A stretch of 64,000 nt of DNA from Octopus sinensis (Eukaryota). The notes under the pieces are model-generated. The model searched no databases and was not told where the DNA came from. It saw nothing but the letters and a program-made list of their open reading frames with translations. Positions 39,989 through 54,340 of this stretch are shown piece by piece. Every line of letters begins with the position of its first letter. Within the stretch, counting starts at the first letter, position 1. The stretch covers positions 91,698,001-91,762,000 of the forward strand of contig NC_043000.1 of assembly GCF_006345805.1 (NCBI RefSeq), in the 5' to 3' direction. The position numbers and the translations under genes were made by a program.

Positions 39989-41592
39989 CTAGCATTATGA
40001 CCCATCGTTGCCGGGTCATAGTACTAGTGCATATATATATATGTGTACATATTACATGTACATCTATATTTATACATCTACATATAAAATACAAAATACA
40101 AAGTTATATCTTGATATCGCTAGTGATAACAATACTCAAAATATATAACAGACTGGAATTGTAGGCCCGTCTCTTGCAATTTCGATCAATTGGATCTTGT
40201 CCTCCCTCTTGTATAGAAGTGTGGCTACAATCCAGCCCACCTCTACTTCTGGGGGGACATTTTAAATTTTTATCCGGGATGTCCTACGTCCCAGATATAA
40301 AGGTGAAAATAAAATATTTCCACTTTGCAAGGTTCGAGTCGAGTACTCCCTTGCATGCTCCGTTGACTCGAACCCTGCTTCTATTGTGGCGAATTTACCG
40401 CCTCTGGTTAGATTCTTGATATCTTTCATAGTTGCACCAAGACACTTTTCGATGGTGCTTTCCTCCAGGTGTTCAAATCTTTTTTTTCTCTACATTGTAT
40501 ACTTTATAGACAATAGTCTTTTCTTTGACTTAATTTTTCATTTCGTTTGGTGGTGTTATCCTAGATTCACTGTCTTTGTCGGTGATAAATCCGAAATAGG
40601 TTTGTATTTCTTCCATTTAAATTTTAATGAGTTCGCGCCCGCTGACGGCTGCAGCGAAATTCATTTTTGGACTTTCTTCTATCGAAGGCATTTTAACAAA
40701 AATGCTTCCATATAAATGGTGAAAATATTGTCAATTTCCCCAAACAGAGACATAATTCAATTTTTAAGCAATAACCAAAGCTCGTTCTCCCAAAGGGGGA
40801 GGGTTATGGTTTACAATTATTTAACAAATGCAACACAACAACGTTTCCCTTACGAGGAACCAACAAACGTGATAACAATACTTAAACAGTAATAATAACA
40901 ACAACAAACCTTACGGTGAATCAAAAAGTAGTACGCAGTTGAAGCTATAGTCCTTTATGTATAAGAAATAAACCAACTGCAGTACTCAGTAGAAGCGGCT
41001 GTTCGATAAAACAGACATTACATACAGCCAAACGTCATATAGATACTTAATGCTAGCTAATTAGCAGATAATCTAATGTAAAAGCTGTGGTAAAGGGTAT
41101 GTACACAGCTCCATCTGGACTATTCCATTTCTGCACACTAATTTTATTTTTAATTTATTCCCATTCATGTGAAACCACTTATTCAAGTTCAAGTCATTGA
41201 TGCAATTTTATACCAATTGCTATTTTTAATTTTGTTATGTTACGATTTAATTATTATATTATACTTTAGTTTGATTTTAATTATTACTTACTACATATGA
41301 TCCAATTGTTATCATTATCTCTAATTTTTATTGTTAAAGTGAAAGTATCTGACATAAAATAGAGAAATGTTTTTGTTTCACTTTTGACATGTAATACTGA
41401 AATAGTGGAGAAGATATGATATTGCTATGGGCTTGCCATAGGCAAGAGGTTGAACATCTTTTTTTGCCCATGAAACTACATGGACCCTAAGTAAGACATG
41501 TGTAAAATTTGAAAGTAATTGGTTGTGTAGTTCTCAAGTTGTAGGGAACACACAGACAGACAGACACACATTCTCAGTTTTATATATATAGA
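39989..41592 (-). mobile_element. Non-autonomous Helitron (~1.6 kb)
   Basis: Minus-strand 5' end TCtatatatataaaactgagaatgtgtgtctgtctgtctg; 3' hairpin tatgaccc/gggtcata then CTAG; sits between host A and T. Confidence 0.7.
40160..40710 (-). pseudogene. Tx1-like LINE ORF1 fragment inside the Helitron
   Basis: MNFAAAV..KEKTIVYKVY..TRGGKFATIEAGF..PLYLGRRTSRIKI*NVPPEVEVGWIVA aligns by eye to ORF1 at 3370-3830 (LSFAGAA..TMTYRK..RGRGYG..MPPEIDIPWLFAA). Confidence 0.65.
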
Positions 41593-42642
41593 TTACTTTA
41601 TTATCTCCCCCTTTTCCCTAGCTCTCCTGTGTGACCCCTCTGTCTGGCATTCACCATAATAGATCACTAGCCACTATAACTTTTTTCAGGTGTAGCCCAG
41701 GTTTGGATTCTCCATCTTCATTGGATGCTAACTATTCTCATTTCCATTGGATATTCTAGAGAACCTATTTTTTATTGTTTGTGAGGAAAGATTCAGTAGC
41801 TGAAGGCATCTCTTTGATTAAGCTAACAAGCAGCAAGATGATAAGGCACTCACTAACCAAATTTAGGCTCTTCCTTAGGTCATGATAGTGTTTTATGATT
41901 GAAGTGTGACATGAATTGAACTATTTCACTAATTCCAGTGCAGTTTGTTTTGTGTTTTCCACAACAACAGCATTCAGATTCATAATATTGACCGAAATTT
42001 GTTGTCCAGACTGGGAATCTGCAAATATGCAGTTCAACCTTTTTGTTCAGGTTACAGTATTTACTCAAATTTCACAAAAGTTTATGTCTGTGCATATGTA
42101 GATTCCATTTATCATATCACTTGCCTGTCTCACCTGGTTATTCGTAGAAAGGGTTTCTAGTTACTCTGACAATAAGTTTCCCAATCCCCTCCATGTATAT
42201 CTTCCATTATCATTTTCTGAAGAAGCTCACACACCAGAAACTCTTTCACTATACCTCTCTCTAGACAGCAAACCACTTTTTTCAACTCATCCTCATCCAG
42301 AGTCCTCACTCTCCATAATTTCAAAGTTGTTCTTGGCTCTCCAGCTCACTTTATATTGATGCCATGAGTACAGAAGCCATATCTTTGGCAATCTTCCCAA
42401 ACTAGAGCCCATTTTTTGTCTATTTTCAAAAGAATCTCTGCCAAATTTATAGGAACTCTCAGCTGACAGCTTCTTAAATAAAATGGTTATGTAAGCAGTA
42501 CTCATGCAAAATAAGGCTTCTTATTTGCTGCCAGCTTTACATCTAGCTTCACACTGTACATGCTTGGTTAATCTCCAAATGATTCTTTTCAACTCCTCTA
42601 AGATCACCAAGTACATGTGAATCATGAAAGTATCTCTGTCTC

Positions 42643-42865
42643 TTTACCCATTTGTTACCAACCCGGCTGAAACCGGCTCAGGCTCTGAGTACAAATGTCT
42701 TGTTTTCATAAGTTTTGAATTAAAATCTTCCACCAAACCTTAGTCACAACTTATGTTCCTAACACTAGCTTAATGATAACTAAGTTGTTTTACTAAATTC
42801 TTTGTTATATTTAATTGACAGAAACACAGAGCATCTCAAAATAAATACAGTAACAAAAGGGTTAA
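42643..42865. mobile_element. piggyBac-type (TTAA) MITE
   Basis: Ends tttacccatttgttac / gtaacaaaagggttaa; related decayed copies at ~20750-20975 and 21333-21840. Confidence 0.7.
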
Positions 42866-43628
42866 ACCGCTAAGGCCATTGGCCCTGGCAGTAGGTCTTT
42901 CATACCCCACCAGAAAATAAACTCCAAGGCAAAGCCTTAATCTCCCAAAAGTTTTCAATTCCTGTCTCTATCTCACCTTACTTCCTTATCTATCTGTCTA
43001 AAAAGGCCTAAATATAAAGATCTTTGAGCACATACAACAGTGAATCCTGTTACACTTCTCAGACCATGTCAAATATCCCTGAGCTGAAACAACTACATCA
43101 CCTAATCAGCCGTGTCTGTATTGTACATTCAATCAACTGAGCTTATTAAAATTATTCCCCTTGATTGCTGATTTTGGACATCGATTGTTCAGATAATCTC
43201 AGTTGGTCTAAAATTTTTAACACACATTTTCTTCATTTGGCTGTAATTTGCCACCAACCTCTACAGTAATATCTTCCTCACAGTCCTGAATTATATTGTT
43301 CTTTCACAACTTAAATGTCATCATCAATATCATCATCATCATCATCATCATTTCCATTATCACTGTCAACATTAGCATTGATATAATCATTATTCACACA
43401 CATAGTGGACATCATTCATATCTTTGTAATCATATATTGAATCACCATTATAGATGTTGAAATCGTGGTCATTATCATTCTCATCATCATCATCATCACC
43501 ATCACCATCATCGTTGTCATCATCATCATCATCAGTTTCACTCTCATTATGATATTCAGGCTCATCAATATTATTACTATAATCGTAATTATAGGTAGCA
43601 CTGTTACGGTACTAATTAGTATTCACCT

Positions 43629-44085
43629 GCAGGGCCAGATTAAGACCTATAGAAGCCCTAAGCACTTAAAAGGTTTTGGTGCCCTCAAGTACATGTAAAC
43701 GGTGCAAAATGTAAACAAAATTAATTCAAAATGTAAAAAATTATAAACCATAAAATAAATTTTTATTTTTCAGAATGAAACAAAATTCACAGTAAGACAG
43801 AAAATAATGTTTATTTTTGTATACTTCCATTTTATTCATATTTGAAAAGTTTTCACCGTCTTTTCTCTTTCTTTTTAATTGCAATGTGTTTGATGATATC
43901 GTTAAAATTAATTTTATGTAAAACTTCTGCTTCTATACTTTGTAAAGATAAGGCATTACGAATATTATTTTAGCAAGTTTAAAGTGATTTTTTTTGTGGT
44001 GTAAACCATTTTCATTTCTGTGGTGCCTCCATCCCTTAATACCCTAAGCATGTGCTTATTTTGTTTAATGAGTTGATACAGCATG
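43629..44085 (-). mobile_element. hAT (Tip100-like) deletion derivative
   Basis: Terminus cagggccagattaagacc; minus-strand NALSLQSIEAEVLHKIKFNDIIKHIAIKK (hAT C-terminus); homologous end in opposite orientation at 39840-39970. Confidence 0.6.
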
Positions 44086-44188
44086 GTGCACATGTATATC
44101 TATGTGTGTGTGGGCATGTGTGTTTGTATATGTGTGTATTTATATATTGTATATACATATACATATTATGAACAAATATGTAAATATA

Positions 44189-44262
<74 letters not shown>

Positions 44263-44344
44263 ATATATTATATATATGTGTGTGTGTGTATATGTGTGTG
44301 TGTATATGTGTGTGTGTGTCTCTCTCTCTCTCCTTTTATATATA

Positions 44345-44390
<46 letters not shown>

Positions 44391-44395
<5 letters not shown>

Positions 44396-44918
44396 CTTTA
44401 TCTCCCTCTCTTCCTAGCTCTCCTGTGTGACCCCTCTGTCTGGGATTTACCATGATAGATTGCTAGCCACTATACCTTTTTCTATTTACTCTCCCTGTCT
44501 ATTTCTGTGTTCCTTTCCATCAAAGAGCGTAGGCTCGAAATGTAAAAGACTTTCTCACTTCCTGAGCGTTAAAGAATTACATCAGTTTGTTGTTTACACA
44601 CCTGTCTTCTTTTGGTTTTCCGTAAATTCTCACTACATATATATATATATATAATATAACTTTATCTCCCTCTCTTCCTAGCTCTCCTGTGTGACCCCTC
44701 TGTCTGGGATTTACCATGATAGATTGCTAGCCACTATACCTTTTTCTATTTACTCTCCCTGTCTATTTCTGTGTTCCTTTCCATCAAAGAGCGTAGGCTC
44801 GAAATGTAAAAGACTTTCTCACTTCCTGAGCGTTAAAGAATTACATCAGTTTGTTGTTTACACACCTGTCTTCTTTTGGTTTTCCGTAAATTCTCACTAC
44901 ATATATATATATATATAA
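44391..44918 (+). repeat. 264-bp tandem dimer; each unit has an HHR-like motif (44513-44548, 44777-44812)
   Basis: Identical 75-aa ORFs offset by 264; cttt CCATCAA a GAGC gtag GCTC GAAA tg TA aaag. Confidence 0.85.
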
Positions 44919-45582
44919 ATATAAAACCACTCACATATGTATTTGTACAGGGTGGTTTTGATGCTTATATGCAAAACAAACAGTTGACATGCTAAGCCTC
45001 AAATAGAAGCATCTCTTTCATATCATTCAAAGTTATTCCATGGCAAATTGTACAGGGGAACAGTTCAGGAACTGAAGGAAGGACTTCGTTATAAAAGTGA
45101 ACAGCAGCATTCTCCAGATATCAGGCTTGCTGACCGGCAGGTTAGCTGGTTGAGTAGCTTGCAGGCTGGTTGGTTGGTAGATTGGTGGGTTCTGTTGTTT
45201 GGTTGGTTCTCTTCAACACCAACTCGTACAGTTATGAATTAATAGGTGTCTGTTTCTAACTGCTTTTGCATATATGACTTGCATATATGCATGAACCATA
45301 GACAGAAGAAAGAAGGTAAGGTGTGTGTTTGTAAAATGTATTATAGATTTAGGTGTTAGTGACAACAATATGATTAACATATAACTTTTGTAATTTACTT
45401 TATAAACATCTGCCATACACCACAAACAAATACACACACATATGTGTGTGTATTCATGTACATATGCACATACATACACATATATTATACATATGTATAA
45501 TACATATATGTATACATATAAATTAATATGCATACTTGCATATGTATATGTAGATAAAATACATATCATATATATTATATAC

Positions 45583-45613
<31 letters not shown>

Positions 45614-45848
45614 ATATGTATGTATGTATGTGTAAATAAATATATATATATGTATATACACATATATGTAGATATATGTGCGTGTATGTATGTATATATA
45701 TTTATACATACATATTTATGTGTGCATATGTATATTTACACGTGTATAAATATGAATACATATATATATATGTATATACGCATATATGTATATATATATG
45801 TGTGTGTATGTATGTGTATATATATATATATACATGTATGCGTGTATT

Positions 45849-45934
<86 letters not shown>

Positions 45935-46520
45935 GGTAGATATATACATACATACATACTTTATATATTAGACTAGATATTTCCATACACACAACCACAC
46001 ATATATATTCACACATAGACAAATAGTGAGAAAGAGGTATATCCTGTAATATACACACAAACATATGCATACACACATATATTGTATAGAGAATAGTTGT
46101 ATTTAATGGCATAGAAACTTGTTTTAACTCTATAATTTGCTTCCAGACAAACATTTGTTGCCTCAGGTAAGAACAAAATCAATGTTCAAAAACATAATAG
46201 CTCTCTCACCCTCTCCACCTCTCGCTCTTCCTTTCTCTTTATCTCTCTATCACTTTTCTCTCTGTCTCCCTTTCTCACTTGCACACCTTTTTCATGTGTA
46301 CTTTCACATGCACATACATCATACACAGATTGAAGCATTAGTATATACCTACCCATTTACATATATATATATGTGTGTGTGTGTGTGTGGTTTTGTATAT
46401 GATTTCATGCACATGTATATATGTACATGTATTCAGTGTGAGTATATATATATTTTGTGTGCCTATATATGATTGTATATATACATATGTATACACACAC
46501 ACACACACATATATATGTGT

Positions 46521-48590
46521 ATATATATATATACACACACATATATACATATACGTATATACATATATATAGATATATATGTATCTATCATTCCTTCTAT
46601 CTATCCATCTTTCTCTCTTTCTCTCTCTTCTCTCTCTCTCTCTAAATATATGTATGCAAGTGTGTGAGTTGTTGAAGTCTTAAGAATTTTGTAAGCTTTC
46701 AAGAGAGCATGAAATAATTTGCTTTTTCAAATAATGGTTCTCAAAGTACATCATATACACCTATAAAGAATAACATGTAAATATCCATAAGGATTTTTCA
46801 ACCCAATATTTACCTCCTCTTTTTTATATACCTGTATATGATGTACTTCAAGAACCTTTATTCAAGAAATCATCATCATCATCATTTAGCGCCCGCTTTC
46901 CATGCTAGCATGGGTTGGACTTTATTCAAGAAATGAATTATATATATATATCATCATCATCATCATCATTTAACGTCCGCTTTTCATGCTAGCATGGGTT
47001 GGTTGATTTGACTGAGGTCTGGCGAACCAGACTCCAATCTGATCTGGCAGAGTTTCTACAGCTGAATGCCCTTCCTAATGCCAACCACTCCAAGAGTGTA
47101 GCGGGTGCTTTTATGTACCACTGGCACGAGGACCAGTTTGGTGGTACTGGCAACGGCCATGCCCAATGGTACCTTTTACGTGCCACCTGCACAGGAGCCA
47201 GTCCAGCGGCACTGGCGACGGCCTCGCTCGAATATTTCACATGCCACCAGCACAAGTGCTGGTAAAGCGACGCGGTAACGATCACACTTGAATAGTGTGC
47301 TTAACGTGCCATTAGCACAGAGGCCAGCTTGTTGTTCTGGCAACGATCTCACTTGTATTGTACACTTAGCGCTCCACTAGCAACGGATGCCAGTCACCAA
47401 ATTTGATTTTGACTTCGATTTCACTTGGCTCAACTGGTCTTCACAAGCAGAGTTTAGTATCCAGTGAAGAAAAGGCATGCACAAGTGGACTGGTTACATC
47501 CCTAGCATAGGCCACAAGGTTATGGTCACACTTGCGCTTATATATATATATATATATATACACACACATATATACATATACGTATATACATATATATAGA
47601 TATATATGTATCTATCATTCCTTCTATCTATCCATCTTTCTCTCTTTCTCTCTCTTCTCTCTCTCTCTCTAAATATATGTATGCAAGTGTGTGAGTTGTT
47701 GAAGTCTTAAGAATTTTGTAAGCTTTCAAGAGAGCATGAAATAATTCGCTTTTTCAAATAATGGTTCTCAAAGTACATCATATACACCTATAAAGAATAA
47801 CATGTAAATATCCATAAGGATTTTTCAACCCAATATTTACCTCCTCTTTTTTATATACCTGTATATGATGTACTTCAAGAACCTTTATTCAAGAAATCAT
47901 CATCATCATCATTTAGCGCCCGCTTTCCATGCTAGCATGGGTTGGACTTTATTCAAGAAATGAATTATATATATATATATCATCATCATCATCATCATTT
48001 AACGTCCGCTTTTCATGCTAGCATGGGTTGGTTGATTTGACTGAGGTCTGGCGAACCAGACTCCAATCTGATCTGGCAGAGTTTCTACAGCTGAATGCCC
48101 TTCCTAATGCCAACCACTCCAAGAGTGTAGCGGGTGCTTTTATGTACCACTGGCACGAGGACCAGTTTGGTGGTACTGGCAACGGCCATGCCCAAATGGT
48201 ACCTTTTACGTGCCACCTGCACAGGAGCCAGTCCAGCGGCACTGGCGACGGCCTCGCTCGAATATTTCACATGCCACCAGCACAAGTGCTGGTAAAGCGA
48301 CGCGGTAACGATCACACTTGAATAGTGTGCTTAACGTGCCATTAGCACAGAGGCCAGCTTGTTGTTCTGGCAACGATCTCACTTGTATTGTACACTTAGC
48401 GCTCCACTAGCAACGGATGCCAGTCACCAAATTTGATTTTGACTTCGATTTCACTTGGCTCAACTGGTCTTCACAAGCAGAGTTTAGTATCCAGTGAAGA
48501 AAAGGCATGCACAAGTGGACTGGTTACATCCCTAGCATAGGCCACAAGGTTATGGTCACACTTGCGCTTATATATATATATATATATATA
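46521..48590. repeat. ~1.03-kb near-identical tandem duplication bounded by (TA)n
   Basis: Offsets 1027-1030 (gtatctatca 46581/47608; cttgcgctta 47531/48561). Confidence 0.9.
46951..47535 (-). mobile_element. Family E retroposon with (ATG)n tail and internal ~60-bp repeats; second copy at ~47979-48565, relative at 48635-48900
   Basis: Minus strand ...ggttggcattaggaagggcattcagctgtagaaa...cccatgctagcatgaaaagcggacgttaa(atg)n. Confidence 0.7.
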
Positions 48591-49599
48591 TATTTTGGTC
48601 CATGTATGTTTGTATGTATATCTGTGTCCTCCTCCTCATCATCATCATTGTTTAATGCCTGCTTTCCATTCTGGTATGGGTTGGACAGTTTGATATGGAG
48701 CTGGTCAGTTGAGAGCTGTCCAAACACCAACTGTTTGTTGTAGCATGGTTTCTATGGCTGGATGCCCTTCCTAATGTCAACCACTTAACAGAGTGTGCTG
48801 GGGGGGGGGCTTTCACATGCCACCAGCATGGGTACACTTACACAGCACCGATGTGGTTGTATTTACACAGCATGTGGCACTGGTACCTGAATGGACAAGC
48901 TTGTATGTGTGAAAGACAGAGATTTTACTTAGCTTCATGTATCTTATCAAGTACAGCAAATTGCCACATCCCCTGGTCCCTTGTCATTTCCTCAGTGAGG
49001 CCCAGCATCTGATGATCCTTTCTCATGACCTCATCCCTTGTCTTCCTGGGTCTACCCCTTTCACAAGCACCCTCCACAATTGGAACTCAGCATTTCTTTA
49101 CACAGCTAAGCATATTTGAATTTGTGTGTATTTATTCTTTTTATATTTATATACAAAGAAATATATAAGCCTATCTATCATTAACTCTGTCACTAAATGT
49201 AAATAAAAGTACCGTGAGTTATTTGGGTTCATCCCTTCATATTCTGATTGATTCTGCTTTCTATTGAATGTAATTTACGCACATCCACAAATTAGCACGC
49301 ACGTCGCTCCAGTTTTAGGAGGACATTTGTCATAATCCTACCTGTATTTTCGTCAACTTATTTTCCTAGAGGCACCAGCGAATAGCAGTAAAAATAAATT
49401 TTCAACCAAAACTTTTAACAATTTTCAAATCGGAGAAATCACCATTGTTTGCAAACAGGTGTTAAGTCCCCTTCTAGCGACAAGTAAGTTTTTGTTAAGA
49501 CTTTTGTTGGGTTTTTTTCCATTGAGGAAAAAGTGTTTTGTTGATATACAGGCAACACATACACACACACACACGAACATGTATAGATACAAAAAACAT

Positions 49600-49751
49600 G
49601 TATGCAATAGGTGTATGTATATATATAAACCAATTTCAACAGATTTCGCCCAAATTTGACATTGATGTTACTTAGTTTAGTTTGAAATAAAGAACATGAT
49701 TAGCTTAATAATCCTAACTTAATCCCGGGCAAAGCCGGGTTATACTGCTAG
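49600..49751 (+). mobile_element. Helitron 3' end (5' limit uncertain, may extend to ~49150)
   Basis: Hairpin cccgggcaaagccggg followed by ttatactgCTAG|T. Confidence 0.65.
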
Positions 49752-50191
49752 TAATTGATATAACTGACTGTACTTTTCAATGAGTACCACATTGTTACAT
49801 TTTTTCCCCAATCTACACATCTATTCACACAAATGCACGCGTACACAAATGCATATATACTTGCAAGCAATCATGCACTCACAGATATATAACATATATC
49901 TAACTGTATCTATTTATTTATAAATATATGTGATTTGCACATGTGAAAACACTCCAATACATACATATGTAAATACATTCAAATATGTATATGTATGTAT
50001 GTATATGTGTATATATATATATGTGTGTATGTGTGTGTAGGTGTGTGTGTGTGTGTATCATTATCATCATCATCATCATTTAACATCTGACTTCCATGCT
50101 AGCAAGGCTCAGACACACACACACACACACACACACAAACATACATACATACATAGATGGATGGATGGATGGATGGATGGATGGATGGATG

Positions 50192-50258
<67 letters not shown>

Positions 50259-50656
50259 GATAGATAGAAAAAGAGGCACACTTATAGATTGATAGTTAGA
50301 CAGAAAGATCAATAAATAGACAGATATACATATACAATACACACTCAGATATATTTATATACACACACATATATATATTTAAAAGTCTATGAGGATTACC
50401 TAATACAGTTTTTGAAGTGCATAGGTGAATTTTTAAAATATTGGTGCTTAAAAAATTGTTAGGGAATCTTGTATGAGGACGTTACTAAACTTTTTGGGGA
50501 AGAAGATTTTTCTAGTGTGTGAGTGCTTGTGTTAAACCGCTTCAAACACACATGCTCTTAAAGAGGAAACACACACATGCACACACATGTATTTACATAT
50601 ATATATGTATGTGTGTATGTATGTATGTGTATATATATATATATATATGTGTATAT

Positions 50657-50698
<42 letters not shown>

Positions 50699-50794
50699 TG
50701 TTATTCTATATATGTATATATATGTATGTGTGTGTGTGTATGTATGTATATATATATATATATGTATGTATGTGTGTGTGTGTGTATGTATGTG

Positions 50795-50857
<63 letters not shown>

Positions 50858-53122
50858 CATATATCATAAATATATATATATATATAGGCATTCCTATCTT
50901 GGTGAGTGTGTGTGTTGTGCTGGCATTGGTCTTCACTTTCCAGTCCCATTGGATTCCTTGGACAAAGATGAAATATTTGTCTTTATTCAACATGTCTATA
51001 GCAACTGAGTCTTGGAGAACACATCCTTCTTCAAGTTAATTCCATCACACTATTTGCATTCAGCATGGCAAGTGGCCACAGAACATGCAAAAAATATTCA
51101 CCTGTTAATGTAACCATGTTATCGCTACTTTACATTATTGATTTTGACGAAATCTTAGTATTTATATACAACCCAGTGTCCTTTAGCAGTGAGAAAAACA
51201 TAGTTTAAGCATGGATATATTATCTCATGGATGAAAGGTATAAATTCATGGTAATGCTCGATTGTTCTCTAGTTAGTGGGTCTTTGGATTAACTTGTTAC
51301 ATATTGCTTGCAATAATATCTGTTGATTATTTTTTGACTTCTTCACACAATCCATCTGAATTGTCATTCATCTACAGATAAAATTTGTAAAATAATAAAA
51401 ACCAAAATTGATTTATCCGAAAATGTTGAAGACATTATAAGTGAAATTAGACCATCATATGAAGAATATGTATAAAATATGTATAAAAAGTAAAAATTCT
51501 TCTGATACTCATTAAGAAATGTAATGTTGATATTTAATTCCAAAGTATTGCCTATTGGCTACATGAAGGAAATTATTTGCTGGTAAAATCAATCTAGCCA
51601 ACACTGGGCTTGTTTTAAATGGAAAGGATAATCCTGCAAAAGTAACTGCGAATTAACTTTTAATTAACCTCCGGTAAATTCTCCCTCTAAATGTGTAGTA
51701 AAAGTCTTAGATATTAGCCTAGAATTACTGGTTTTCTCTAATGAATACTGCTTTAAGACATACGTAAAGCAATTTAAAAACGACAAGGGACGAAAAGTAA
51801 TACAGAGTAGTGGTCCAAGAAATCTCTATCTTTATTTGAAGGTCAAAACATTCTCGTTTTGCTTGTTTCATTGATTTTGTAAGTGATTGCATTCTATAAT
51901 CATGCCAATATTCTCTTGAGCAGGCGTTTTAAATTTGCCTAGAATTTCTCTTGATTGAGTCTTCTATAGAAGTAAAGGTTTGGCAGCCAATGTAATTGCT
52001 TTACAGTTCTTGGAATACTGGCACACTGACCATTGAAGCTAAACCACAGAGACAATTTGAGATAGCAATTAATAATGCTAGTTACATTAAATTCTTTAGA
52101 GACTACAAAATCACAAATCAATTTAAAACTTACACTCTAATGAGTTAGATAATTTCAGATTTATATTATAAATTTAGATAGTTTTGAAGTGTCCGTAATA
52201 CCACTGAACAACCTGAACATGTGGAAAATTTGAAAATGCGCAGAACACATATTAATGATAAGTTAAAGAGGTCAGTGGTATGTTTCAGAGGTTTATTCCC
52301 CATTATGAGATTTTCCCACACCCCCCTCACCAACCAACCCAACCCATTCATCCATCCATCCACCCATCCATCCACTGAATGATTTTATGGAAATTTCAAC
52401 GATGACTGAGAAAGCAGCCAGAAATGTATTTCAACTCTGCAAGGAGGCATTTCCATAATTATGATAAAATCAAGAATCTGCTGGAGCACATTGTATGATG
52501 TGATTTAAAAAGCTGTTGTTTCTATACTGTTAGAAAGATAATGATTGAATCTTCATCTCACCTTCTCACTATCTTTCTCTATATTTCTCTAGTTCTCTTT
52601 GTCGCTCTTTCCTTCTCTCTCTCTTTCTCTTTATCTTCCTTTCTTACTTTATTTCTCTCTCAATTTATACATCTATCATTTTATTTTTCTCAGTATTCGA
52701 TTGGACAGTATAACTTGGTTGCTAATGTTCATTATTTAGTTTGGTTACATTATTGATAAAAATCAAATGCTCATCTATCTATCTCTTTATCTCTATTTCT
52801 CTCTCTCTCTCTCTCATTTTCTTTTTCTCCTTCTCTCTTTATCTCTCTTATTTGGCTGTATTTTCCCAACATTATAACACACTCATTAGTGTTCATTATC
52901 TGCTATGGTTACATTAGTGTGTATCAGTGTGTGTGTGTGTGTGTGTGTGTGAGTTTCTATTGGATACATGTTCTGTAAATGCTCAAAACACACTTTATAT
53001 ATATACTCACACACACACACCTACATATATGTATACATATATGTATACACACATATATATATACGTATATATATATATACACACACATACATATATATAT
53101 ACATATATATACTCTATTTTTT

Positions 53123-53345
53123 TACTCTTTTTACTTGTTTCAGTCATTTGACTGCAGCCATGCTGGAGCACTGCCTTTAGTCAAGCAAATCCACCCCAGG
53201 ACTTATTCTTTGTAAACCTAGTACTTATTATATCACTCTCTTTTGCCAAACCACTAAGTTACGGGTGACATTAACACACCAGCATCGGTTGTCAAGCAAT
53301 GTTGAGGAGACAAACACAGACAAACAAACATATACACACACATAC

Positions 53346-53403
<58 letters not shown>

Positions 53404-53566
53404 GACAGGCTTCTTTCAGTTTCTGTCAACCAAATCCACTCACAAGGCTTTGGTCGGCCCGAGGCTATAGTAGAATACACTTGCCCCAGGTGCCATGCAT
53501 TGGGACTGAAACTGGAACCATGTGGTTGGTAAGCAAGCTACTTACCACACAGTCACTCTTGCACCT
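53123..53566 (-). mobile_element. SINE family D
   Basis: Colinear with 61443-61845. Confidence 0.85.
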
Positions 53567-53831
53567 CTCTCTCTCTTTCTCTTGCTCTGTATATATAAAT
53601 ATATATATATGTGTGCTTAGAGTGACAACTGTTGGGTAGGGTAGGTGTGAGAAGCTGAATCTGGTCAATTTGAACATCATAAAACAGGAAGAAAATTTGG
53701 GCCAGGAAGAATATTTGGCTGGTTTACATTCTAAAGGGTTAAATATCTTTCAATATCTGCTATATTTTTTATTTTAAGAATGTTTCTCTAAGTTTATGAT
53801 GATATTTTCTGTTTATTATTATTACTAGCAG

Positions 53832-54035
53832 AAAGGTGGTGAGCTTGCAGAATCGTTAGAACACTGGGCAAAATGCTTAGTGGCATTTCATCTGTTGCTA
53901 CTTTCAAATTCTGCTGAGTTCAACTTTGCCTTTCATTTTTTGAGGTCGATAAATTAAGTACCAGTGAAACACTGTGGTCGATGTAATTGACGAGGCTCCT
54001 CCCCCAAATTTCAGGCTTCGTGCCTTTCGTAGAAA
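53832..54035 (+). mobile_element. SINE family B with (ATT)n tail
   Basis: Head, core and tail motifs. Confidence 0.75.
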
Positions 54036-54037
54036 GG

Positions 54038-54087
<50 letters not shown>

Positions 54088-54281
54088 CATTATTATTATT
54101 ATCATTATTGTTATTATTATTACTATTTTCCTTCTTTCTTCAAATTTTCTTCCATTTCTCACCAAGCGTTTTCCATACACCTAAGGCAGAGAAGCTCATT
54201 GTATGCCTTCCCAGATTACACATGCAAATTCACAGGGTAAAATATGTATTTTAAAATAAATCATCATCATTATTATTATTA

Positions 54282-54340
<59 letters not shown>

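Noticed and set aside
45213-46667. YIYI/HTHT ORFs (also at 24.2-24.9, 30-31.8, 50.5-51, 52.9-53.6 kb)
   Set aside because: Translations of (TA)n/(CA)n microsatellites
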